This document shows, in pieces, positions 1 through 7,720 of a stretch of DNA of 23,386 nt. The stretch comes from Akkermansiaceae bacterium (GTDB taxonomy: Bacteria > Verrucomicrobiota > Verrucomicrobiia > Verrucomicrobiales > Akkermansiaceae), in NCBI GenBank assembly GCA_051251915.1, contig JBPOGF010000034.1:1-23386 (forward strand), in the 5' to 3' direction. The notes beneath the pieces were generated by a model. It was given only the letters and a program-made list of their open reading frames with translations. It did no database searches and was not told where the DNA came from. Positions within the stretch are counted from its first letter, which is position 1. Every line of letters begins with the position of its first letter. Position numbers and translations under genes: made by a program.

Positions 1-124
1 TTTAAGACGTCTAAAATTCTATCAAAATTTGTTCACAAATAGATCTGTGTAAAAGTCAGGGTTTTACCCTGGGCTGGTGTATTTATCCCCGTTGGGGAAA
101 CTTGGGTTTATGGAGATGCTTGGG

Positions 125-1270
125 TTACCTGCGGAATGCGCCTGGGTTTTTTCCGGTGATGCGTTTGACGAAGTTTGATAGGCCGGCGGCGTCTGAGAAT
201 CCGGCTTGGCCTGCGATGCTTTCGATGGAGGAGGATTTTTCTTGGAGGAGCTCGATGATGGTTTCTACTCGTGACTGTCTGATGACGGTGGCTGGGCTGT
301 CAGATTTGCAGCCGGCGAAGGCTCGCTCTAGGCTTCGGCGTGATACGCCGCAGGCTTTGGCTAGTTCTGTGACTTTGATATTTCTGAGCGGGCGTGAGCT
401 GATGTAGTCGAGCGATTTTTGGTAGATGAGCTGATGGTTGTCTACTTTTTGGCTGGATTGTCTGACGATGTAGCTGGCTTGGTTAGCAGGGGGGGTGATG
501 TGAGCTTCTAGGAGTCCTAACATTTTTCCTAGCTGGACAGCGGCGGCTCTGCCTGAGGTGGCTGCTTTGAGGTCGATGCTGGAGAGTGAAACGGTGCTGG
601 ACTCGCAGAGTAGGCGGTCATTATCTACTCCGATGACGGCGATGTCATCGGGGACTCTGAGCTCTAACATTTGGCATGCTTGGAGGACATCTAGTCCGGC
701 TCGGTCATTGCAGGCGAGGATGCCGCAGGGTTTGGGGAGGCTCTCTAGCCAGGTGGCAATTTCTTTGACTGCTGACCATCGAAGTTGATCTTTTTTATCG
801 AGGGCTAGGATTTCATTTTTGACTCCGCAGGCTTCAGCGTGATTTTGGAAAAAGTTTCTTCTGGCTTCAGACCACATCACTCCTCTCCAGTGGACGAAAC
901 CCCAGTGGCTGAGGTTTAGTAGGCTGAAGGCTTGACCTGCGAGTTTTCCGATCATTTCGTCATCGGGGTGGGGGCCATTGATGTAGGCGGCGGATTCATC
1001 TTCACCAGCGCGGATGAAGACGCATGAAAGGGAGAGAGCTGAGATGTATTTGGCGATTTCTTCTGGTAGACCGCGGGCGATGATGCCGTCGATATGCCTT
1101 AACTGCAGACAATTTTTAAGGTCATCGAGTGAGCTATCTGGGGGGAGGCACCAAAAGTTCCAATCGCAGCCCTCTGATCTCATGGAGAGGATGCCTCGGA
1201 GGATTTCTCTAGAGAAAAAGCCTTCACTGGCTCCAATGTATAGGATGTTGGGTTTGGTGGGTTTATTCAT
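125..1270 (-). CDS. XylR-type transcriptional regulator (LacI-like sugar-binding domain plus C-terminal AraC HTH)
   Basis: Motifs PKPCGILACND, VPDDIAVIGVDND, LSSIDL and the AraC-type tail ELAKACGVSRRSLERAF...IAGQAGFSDAAGLSNFVKRITGKNPGAFRR. Start placed at ATG 1270 rather than the ORF-track start 1306, because the TTG at 1306 coincides with a -35 hexamer. Confidence 0.88.
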   Translation of the reverse strand: MNKPTKPNILYIGASEGFFSREILRGILSMRSEGCDWNFWCLPPDSSLDDLKNCLQLRHIDGIIARGLPEEIAKYISALSLSCVFIRAGEDESAAYINGPHPDDEMIGKLAGQAFSLLNLSHWGFVHWRGVMWSEARRNFFQNHAEACGVKNEILALDKKDQLRWSAVKEIATWLESLPKPCGILACNDRAGLDVLQACQMLELRVPDDIAVIGVDNDRLLCESSTVSLSSIDLKAATSGRAAAVQLGKMLGLLEAHITPPANQASYIVRQSSQKVDNHQLIYQKSLDYISSRPLRNIKVTELAKACGVSRRSLERAFAGCKSDSPATVIRQSRVETIIELLQEKSSSIESIAGQAGFSDAAGLSNFVKRITGKNPGAFRR

Positions 1271-1277
1271 TTGGCGC

Positions 1278-1306
1278 AAAATATAAAGTAAGTGTCCGTT
1301 AGTCAA
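1278..1306 (-). promoter_or_regulatory. Putative sigma70 promoter of the regulator
   Basis: Minus strand TTGACT (1306-1301), 17 nt, TATTTT (1283-1278), 7 nt, ATG (1270). Confidence 0.55.
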
Positions 1307-1308
1307 TA

Positions 1309-1336
1309 TTGAGTTTTGTCAGGAAATAGCTAACCT
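1309..1336 (+). promoter_or_regulatory. Putative sigma70 promoter of the hexuronate operon
   Basis: TTGAGT (1309-1314), 16 nt, TAACCT (1331-1336), 6 nt, ATG (1343). Confidence 0.5.
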
Positions 1337-1342
1337 GCGATC

Positions 1343-2326
1343 ATGCAGACCATTTACGTATCAGAAATTTCTTATAACAAGGCGGAGGCTACTTTTCTTA
1401 AGGTAGCGGCAGAGACAGGCTACACTTTTCAAGCAGTGAATGAAGTGGAGGCTCCTTTAGCACAGGCGATCAAGGATAATGGGATCAAGGCGTTTATCGC
1501 TGACATTTATCCTTATACAAATGAATTATACAGTGCGATTCCTGCTGGTGGAGTGATTGCTCGTTACGGGGTGGGGCACGATAGTGTGGATAAGGAGAAG
1601 GCTACCGCGAATGGGATTCATGTGGCGAATACTCCGGGAGTTCTGGATAATGCGGTGGCTGAGCATGCTTGCTGGATGATCGGTGGTATTTCACGTCATC
1701 TGCATACGGCGCATCCTACTACGATGGCGGGAAACTGGGCACCGAAGGGTGGTGTGGAGGTTCGTGGTCGTAAGGTGGCGATTCTTGGGTTTGGTAGAAT
1801 TGGTCAGAATCTTTGTCGTAAATTGTCGTTTGGTTTTGGGATGGAAGTTACTGGTGTGGATATTGTTGATGAGAGTGTTTTTGCTGATCAGAAGGCTGAC
1901 ATCGGTTATGCGAATTACACGACGGAACGTAATGCTGCGATTGCGGATGCAGATTATGTTGTGCTGTTGATGGCGGTGGTTCCACAGACGAAGCACATTG
2001 CGAATGCGGAATTTTTCAAGCAGATGAAATCAAGTGGTATCTTGGTGAATTCGGCTCGTGGTGCGCTGGTGAATGAGAATGATCTTTATGATGCATTGCA
2101 AAGTGGCGAGATAGCGGGAGCAGCTCTTGATGTATTTGAGGTGGAGCCTTATCAGCCACAGGATGCTAATAAGGATTTGCGCACGCTGGATAATATTTTG
2201 GTCACGCCGCATGTGGGTTCTAATACAGCTGAGTCGAATGCTGCGATGGCGGCGACTGCGGCTAAGAACGTGATTACAATTCTGGAGCAAGGTGCGGATG
2301 CTTGCCCTAACGTAGTAAATAAATAA
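1343..2326 (+). CDS. D-isomer-specific 2-hydroxyacid dehydrogenase (GhrB/SerA-like; candidate 2-ketogluconate reductase)
   Basis: ARYGVGHDSVD, VANTPG, AVAEH, Rossmann GFGRIG, LVNSARGALVNE, AALDVFEVEP and TPHVGS (Arg-Glu-His catalytic set). Confidence 0.92.
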   Translation: MQTIYVSEISYNKAEATFLKVAAETGYTFQAVNEVEAPLAQAIKDNGIKAFIADIYPYTNELYSAIPAGGVIARYGVGHDSVDKEKATANGIHVANTPGVLDNAVAEHACWMIGGISRHLHTAHPTTMAGNWAPKGGVEVRGRKVAILGFGRIGQNLCRKLSFGFGMEVTGVDIVDESVFADQKADIGYANYTTERNAAIADADYVVLLMAVVPQTKHIANAEFFKQMKSSGILVNSARGALVNENDLYDALQSGEIAGAALDVFEVEPYQPQDANKDLRTLDNILVTPHVGSNTAESNAAMAATAAKNVITILEQGADACPNVVNK

Positions 2327-2337
2327 ATCTAACAAGA

Positions 2338-2835
2338 ATGGAAAACAATATCATTGTCATGGGAGTTTGCGGTTGTGGGAAATCTACGATTGGCGAATTG
2401 TTGGCGGCAGAAATTTCCGCTACATTTTACGATGGCGATGATTTTCATCCTCAGTCAAATATCGACAAGATGGCGAGTGGTGTGCCGCTCAATGATCAAG
2501 ATAGACAGCCGTGGTTAGAGAAGTTAGCTCGTGTCATTATGGAGAGTGAATCTTCTACAGTGACAGCTTGCTCGGCCTTGAAAAAGTCATACCGGGACAT
2601 ACTCCGAACTGCGGGGAATGTTACCATCGTGTATCTGCTGGGGAGTCAGGTATTATTGCTGGAGCGTCTAACAGTGCGCTCAAACACTAGTGATCACTTC
2701 ATGTCTTCTTCTATGCTAGATAGTCAGCTAGCCACTCTAGAAGATCCTTCGGGTGAGGCTGGGGTAATCACGGTTTCGATCGAACATTCTCCTGAGGAGA
2801 TCATTTCACAAATTAAAACAATTTTATTATCATGA
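2338..2835 (+). CDS. gntK: Gluconokinase, GntK/IdnK type
   Basis: IIVMGVCGCGKSTIG P-loop, DGDDFHPQSNIDKMASGVPLNDQDRQPWL, ACSALKKSYRDILR, HFM..SMLDSQLATLEDP; 165 aa. Confidence 0.92.
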   Translation: MENNIIVMGVCGCGKSTIGELLAAEISATFYDGDDFHPQSNIDKMASGVPLNDQDRQPWLEKLARVIMESESSTVTACSALKKSYRDILRTAGNVTIVYLLGSQVLLLERLTVRSNTSDHFMSSSMLDSQLATLEDPSGEAGVITVSIEHSPEEIISQIKTILLS

Positions 2836-3899
2836 ACGTAATATCTATAGAAGATCATAACGCGCTAGTCATCGCCGCCTATATGGAGCGAGGGTACAGC
2901 CGCGACGAAGCACAAGAAGCAGCTGACATGGCAGTGGCTGCTACTTGGCACGGAAATAACACGCACAATGCTCTAAAGGCCTTACACCTGGATGAACTTT
3001 TTGGTTCAGCAAGTGGAGGGTGTGTGCCTGGAGCAGAAGTGAAGGTGGTTCCTAGCCGTTTTAAGGCTACGGAAATATGGGACGCGAATAAGAAGCTGGG
3101 TCAGGCGGTAGCGAAGCGTGCATTTGACCGAGCGATGGAATTGGCTGATGAGTATGGTGTGGGGATTGTCTCTGTGGATAATGCCTTTCACTATCTCTGG
3201 GGAGCTGGTTATGTGATCGAGGCGGCGAAGAAAGGTTATATTGCTTATACGAATTGTACATCCACGCTAGCTGAGGTTGTTCCATTTTTAGGTAAGACTC
3301 CGACATTGGGAACGAATCCTCATAGTTGGGGGTTTCCGACTGTAGAAGCGCTTGGGTATCCTATCTGTATTGACTGGGCTACGTCTACCGTAGCGATGGG
3401 TAGGGTGCAGCAACTGAAGCGTGAGGGGGGGACTTTACCACCTTTGGCTGCAGTTGATAAGGATGGAAATGCGACTCAGGACCCGCATGAAGTGGCGGCG
3501 TTGCTTCCGTTTGGTGCGCATAAGGGTTATGGTCTTTCATTGATCAATGAGATCACTGCGGCATATATTGGTGGTTCACTTCCGTTGCATCGTGGGCGAG
3601 AGAATCCATCTGATGATGAGAAAAATACGACATCGTTCTTTTTCCAGATTATTCACCCTGATGCTCTGAATGGTGGTGATTTTGCACAAGGTAGATCTCA
3701 AAACGAAAACATTAAAGCTGTGCTTGATAACATAATGACCGAGGGGAATGAGAAGGCTATTTTGCCAGGTTATTTCGAAGCTGAGGCGGCGAAGAGATCT
3801 GAGGCTGCTGGTGGGCTTTTGTTCAGTGACTCAGAACTAGATGAGTTTAATAAGCTAGCTGAATCTATTGGCCATGCACCTTTAACTCCGATCACTTAG
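2832..3899 (+). CDS. Ldh_2-family oxidoreductase (AllD/YiaK/ComC-like, type 2 L-malate/L-lactate dehydrogenase family)
   Basis: GTNPHSWGFP, IDWATS, LLPFGAHKGYGLSL, and GVGIVSVDNAFHY. Start overlaps the gntK stop (ATGA). Confidence 0.88.
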   Translation: MNVISIEDHNALVIAAYMERGYSRDEAQEAADMAVAATWHGNNTHNALKALHLDELFGSASGGCVPGAEVKVVPSRFKATEIWDANKKLGQAVAKRAFDRAMELADEYGVGIVSVDNAFHYLWGAGYVIEAAKKGYIAYTNCTSTLAEVVPFLGKTPTLGTNPHSWGFPTVEALGYPICIDWATSTVAMGRVQQLKREGGTLPPLAAVDKDGNATQDPHEVAALLPFGAHKGYGLSLINEITAAYIGGSLPLHRGRENPSDDEKNTTSFFFQIIHPDALNGGDFAQGRSQNENIKAVLDNIMTEGNEKAILPGYFEAEAAKRSEAAGGLLFSDSELDEFNKLAESIGHAPLTPIT

Positions 3900-3906
3900 T
3901 AACGAT

Positions 3907-5172
3907 ATGAACTATCTTCACGACAACGTTTTTCTGACTACTGAGACCGCGCAGCAGCTTTATCATGAGACTGCGAAGTTACTGCCGATTATTGATTTTC
4001 ATACCCATCTGCCTCAGGCGGAAATACTGAATAATCACAAGTTTGAAGATCTCTGGGAGCTTTGGCTTAAGCACGATCATTATAAATGGAGGTTGATGCG
4101 TGGGTGTGGTGTAGATGAGCGATTTGTCACTGGAGATGCTAGTCCTTGGGAGAAATTTGAGGCCTTTGCGGCGGTTATGCCTTTGGCTGTGGGGAATCCT
4201 GTTCACCATTGGGCTCATTTAGAGCTTCAGCGTGTATTTGGGATTGATGACATTTTGAATTCTGAGAATGCGAAGTCGATCTGGGATAATGCGAATCAGC
4301 AGATCGCGGAGAAAAGTGAGCTTACGGTTCAGGGATTGTTAGATGGTTTCAATGTGGAGCTTATTTGCACTACGGATGCTCCTGATTCAGATTTATCAAC
4401 GCATGCTGAGGTCAATGCTTCTGACATAGCTACTAAGGTTTATCCTACGTTTAGGGTGGATTTTGCGGCTGATATCAGTTGTGATTTTGATCTGACAGAA
4501 CTTAAGAGACAGCATGATTACTTCCATGAGAATGGGTGTAGGCTATCGGATCACGGTATGCCGAATATGCCGGATCCAGAATCGGATGCGTTTGCGGTTC
4601 TTAATGAGATAGCGAAGTGGAATAAGGAGAGGGGCTGGACGATGCAGTTGCACCTAGGGCCACAGCGCAGGGTGAATGAGTCTATGACGGCAATCACTGG
4701 GCCAGATAGTGGCTTTGATACGATGGGTTCTTGGCCTCAAACGGCGCCGCTTATTAAGGCGTTGAATGCAATGCAGGAGTTGGGGACGCTGAGCCGTACG
4801 ATTGTTTATAATCTTAATCCGAATGAGTCTGAGGCGATTTGTTGTGCATTACAGAATTTCCAGAATAGTGAAGCACAGGGGCTGGTTCAGTATGGGCCGG
4901 CTTGGTGGCATCAGGACCATGTTCGGGGGATTCGTGAACAGATGGATATTTTGACATCGCTTGGCGCTATTGGCACTTCGCTTGGAATGCTGACTGATTC
5001 TCGGTCGTTCACCTCTTATGTGCGACATGAATATTACCGGAGGTTGCTTTGTCAGTACATTGGCAATGCTGCTGAGGCTGGGGAGATGCCTAATGAACGG
5101 GATGCCCTTCATCAACTCATTGCAGATATCTGCTATCATAACCCTAAAAACTTTTTTAACTGGGCAGAATAA
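3907..5172 (+). CDS. uxaC: Uronate isomerase (glucuronate isomerase)
   Basis: LPIIDFHTHL, DHYKWRLMR, GNPVHHWAHLELQRVF, CTTD, SDHG, MQLHLG, AWW, GMLTDSRSFTSYVRHEYYRRLLC. Confidence 0.95.
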   Translation: MNYLHDNVFLTTETAQQLYHETAKLLPIIDFHTHLPQAEILNNHKFEDLWELWLKHDHYKWRLMRGCGVDERFVTGDASPWEKFEAFAAVMPLAVGNPVHHWAHLELQRVFGIDDILNSENAKSIWDNANQQIAEKSELTVQGLLDGFNVELICTTDAPDSDLSTHAEVNASDIATKVYPTFRVDFAADISCDFDLTELKRQHDYFHENGCRLSDHGMPNMPDPESDAFAVLNEIAKWNKERGWTMQLHLGPQRRVNESMTAITGPDSGFDTMGSWPQTAPLIKALNAMQELGTLSRTIVYNLNPNESEAICCALQNFQNSEAQGLVQYGPAWWHQDHVRGIREQMDILTSLGAIGTSLGMLTDSRSFTSYVRHEYYRRLLCQYIGNAAEAGEMPNERDALHQLIADICYHNPKNFFNWAE

Positions 5173-5196
5173 CAAATCAAAATTTCAACTAACATT

Positions 5197-5967
5197 ATGC
5201 ATTATTTAGATCAATTATTTACATTAGAAGGTAAGGTGGCGGTCGTAGTAGGCGGTACTGGGGAGCTCTGTAGCCATATGGCTGGGGGTTTAGCGAAGGC
5301 TGGAGCGACGGTTGTGCTCGTGGGTAGAAACGCTGAGAAGGCTCAGCAGAGGATCGATCAGATTCAGGGTGATACTCATTTCATCGCGGCGGATATTAGC
5401 ACAAGGGAGTCTGTGCAGAAGTTGTTAGATGATGTCTTAGAGAAATTTGGCAGAGCTGATGTTTTGGTGAATGGTGCGGGGATTAACTCGCCGACACCGG
5501 TGCTGGACATTACGACTGAGGAATTTGAGTCCATTATTAATGTGAATCTAACAGCTACTCTAACAGCTTGTCAGGTATTTGCGAAATACTGGTTAGAGAA
5601 TGATATGGAGGGGAGCATCATTAACCTTGGGTCTATTTCTGGGCTGAATCCACTTTCACGAGTGTTCTCCTACTCTGCATCTAAGGCGGCTGTTCATAAC
5701 CTGAGTAAGAATTTGGCTCGTGAGTGGGCGAACCAGAAAATCCGCGTTAATACGCTGGTGCCTGGGTTCTTCCCGGCGGAGCAGAACAAGAAGGTGCTGG
5801 ATGAGTCACGTGTGGCTAGCATCATGAATCATACTCCGATGGATCGATTTGGGAAACCTGATGAGCTTATCGGTGCGACACTTTTGCTAGCTTCTAACAA
5901 TGCGGGCGGGTTCATTACAGGCCATGAACTCGTGGTCGATGGTGGCTTCAACTCAATGAGTATTTAG
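5197..5967 (+). CDS. SDR oxidoreductase, D-mannonate oxidoreductase (fructuronate reductase)-like
   Basis: GGTGELC, NGAGIN, YSASK catalytic motif, and subfamily-type segments [33 protein letters not shown] resembling Bacillus-type SDR UxuB. Directly follows uxaC. Confidence 0.8.
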   Translation: MHYLDQLFTLEGKVAVVVGGTGELCSHMAGGLAKAGATVVLVGRNAEKAQQRIDQIQGDTHFIAADISTRESVQKLLDDVLEKFGRADVLVNGAGINSPTPVLDITTEEFESIINVNLTATLTACQVFAKYWLENDMEGSIINLGSISGLNPLSRVFSYSASKAAVHNLSKNLAREWANQKIRVNTLVPGFFPAEQNKKVLDESRVASIMNHTPMDRFGKPDELIGATLLLASNNAGGFITGHELVVDGGFNSMSI

Positions 5968-5979
5968 CCTTCGGCTGTT

Positions 5980-6007
5980 ATTGGTCAATTGTCATTGGTC
6001 ATTAGTC
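5980..6007 (+). repeat. Imperfect heptamer tandem repeat, 4 copies
   Basis: attggtc aattgtc attggtc attagtc. Confidence 0.7.
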
Positions 6008-6046
6008 TAGCACAATGAAACTTTGTAAAAACTTAACTTAAAAATC

Positions 6047-7666
6047 ATGAATAACGAAACTCAACTCGAGAAAGCGCAGAATGGCGGCTTTCTAACAAAA
6101 CTTGGTATCTATGGAAAAATGTCTGGCCCAGGTTGGGTGCAGGCAGCGGTAACACTTGGAGGGGGGTCACTCGTGGGTGCTCTCTATCTTGGGGTCATTG
6201 GTGGCTATGAATTCCTCTGGCTTCAGCCTCTTGCTATGCTTTGTGGTATCATCATGCTGGCCGCTATTTCTTATGTGACGCTTTCCTGCACGGAACGCCC
6301 ATTCCGCGTGATGGAGAAGAAAGTCTCTCCTACACTGGCGTGGGGTTGGTTGATAGCTACGGTGATAGCGGATACGGTTTTCTGCGCTGCTCAGTTCTCG
6401 CTAGGGCGAGGGGCTATTGAGGATAACCTCGGGTTCACTCCTGGGCCGTATATGATCACGGGTTCATTATTCATCATTGCGATGGCGCTTATCTGTATCT
6501 CGCAGAAGAACTCAAAGGCGGCGGCATTTATTGATAACATTCTTAAAGTCCTGGTTGGTGTCATTGTGCTTTGCTTTATGGCAGTGGTGGTGACGCTTAT
6601 TTCTAAAGGAGCTGTGCAGTGGGGGAGTTTGTTCTCTGGGCTGGTTCCTGACTTTACGGCACTCTTTAGACCTACGGATCAGATAGCTGCTGCTATTGCT
6701 ACTACTGGTGAGAATTCTGCTTATTGGACAGAGTATGTGACTGGGGAGCAACGTAGTAAAATCATCGCAGCATTCGGAACAGCAGTGGGAATCAATATGA
6801 CGTTCTTGCTTCCTTATTCCTTGAAGAAAAAGGGCTGGGGTAAGCCGCATCGTGAGTTATCACGTTACGATCTTTTACTTGGGCTCTTTGTGCCATTTAT
6901 CCTTGGTGCTTCTGCTTTGGTTATTGCATCAGCGGCGTCATTTCATGCTAAGCATGGTGATATGATCAGTGCAGATGGGAAGCCTCTTCCTGGGATGGAG
7001 AGTGCATTTTATAAAGTTCTTGATAGCAAGCTGGCTTCTACTAATACAGATTTCAAAACACTGGATGCTGCAGCAGTGGATCAGCTTAGAGAGGGTCTTC
7101 CAATCGAAGAAAAACAACTTGCTGGAATGCTATCTAACAGGGGGGCGAAAAGTTTGGCTGCTTCATTGGAGCCATTCCTTGGTAAGAATTCGCAGACTAT
7201 CTTTGGAATAGGGGTTCTTGCTATGGCCGTTTCTACTCTTCTTGTTCATATGATGATGAATGGGTATGCTATTAGTGAGGCCTTTAATCAGGTGGGTAAT
7301 GCTAAATACTTCATTCTCGGTGCTGCTATGCCGGCTATTGCAGGATTCTTCTCGCCATTCTTATGGAGTGGGGATGCGAAGGCTGCGCTGGCTATTCCAG
7401 CGTCTGTTATTGCGACTACGCTTCTGCCGATTGCTTACCTTGGCTTCTTGTTGTTGATGAATTCTAAATCAGCATTGGGTGATGAGTTGCCTAAACGCAG
7501 AGGACTTATCAATGCTCTTATGCTTACCTCAGCAGGTGTTGCTACTTTTGCTTCGGTCTGGGCTTTGAACTCAAAAGGGGTTCCGGGGATGATCGGGATG
7601 GCTGCCTTGGTTGTGCTTGCTGTCATCGGTATCAGTGGCTTCGTGAAACGTAACAAACTGGCGTAA
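6047..7666 (+). CDS. NRAMP/MntH-related multi-pass transporter, lacking the DPGN motif
   Basis: About 11-12 hydrophobic segments. N-terminal GPGWVQAAVTLGGGS, G...GYEFLW, GTAVGINMTFLLPY, and IFGIGVLAMAVSTL resemble the NRAMP-related superfamily. Confidence 0.75.
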   Translation: MNNETQLEKAQNGGFLTKLGIYGKMSGPGWVQAAVTLGGGSLVGALYLGVIGGYEFLWLQPLAMLCGIIMLAAISYVTLSCTERPFRVMEKKVSPTLAWGWLIATVIADTVFCAAQFSLGRGAIEDNLGFTPGPYMITGSLFIIAMALICISQKNSKAAAFIDNILKVLVGVIVLCFMAVVVTLISKGAVQWGSLFSGLVPDFTALFRPTDQIAAAIATTGENSAYWTEYVTGEQRSKIIAAFGTAVGINMTFLLPYSLKKKGWGKPHRELSRYDLLLGLFVPFILGASALVIASAASFHAKHGDMISADGKPLPGMESAFYKVLDSKLASTNTDFKTLDAAAVDQLREGLPIEEKQLAGMLSNRGAKSLAASLEPFLGKNSQTIFGIGVLAMAVSTLLVHMMMNGYAISEAFNQVGNAKYFILGAAMPAIAGFFSPFLWSGDAKAALAIPASVIATTLLPIAYLGFLLLMNSKSALGDELPKRRGLINALMLTSAGVATFASVWALNSKGVPGMIGMAALVVLAVIGISGFVKRNKLA

Positions 7667-7720
7667 TCTAGAAAGCCAGATTAACTACATCAATTATCTA
7701 ACAAGAAACATTAAAATATT

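Noticed and set aside
82..101. TTTATCCCCGTTGGGGAAAC resembles the type I-E CRISPR repeat
   Set aside because: Single shortened copy, no spacers and no cas genes.
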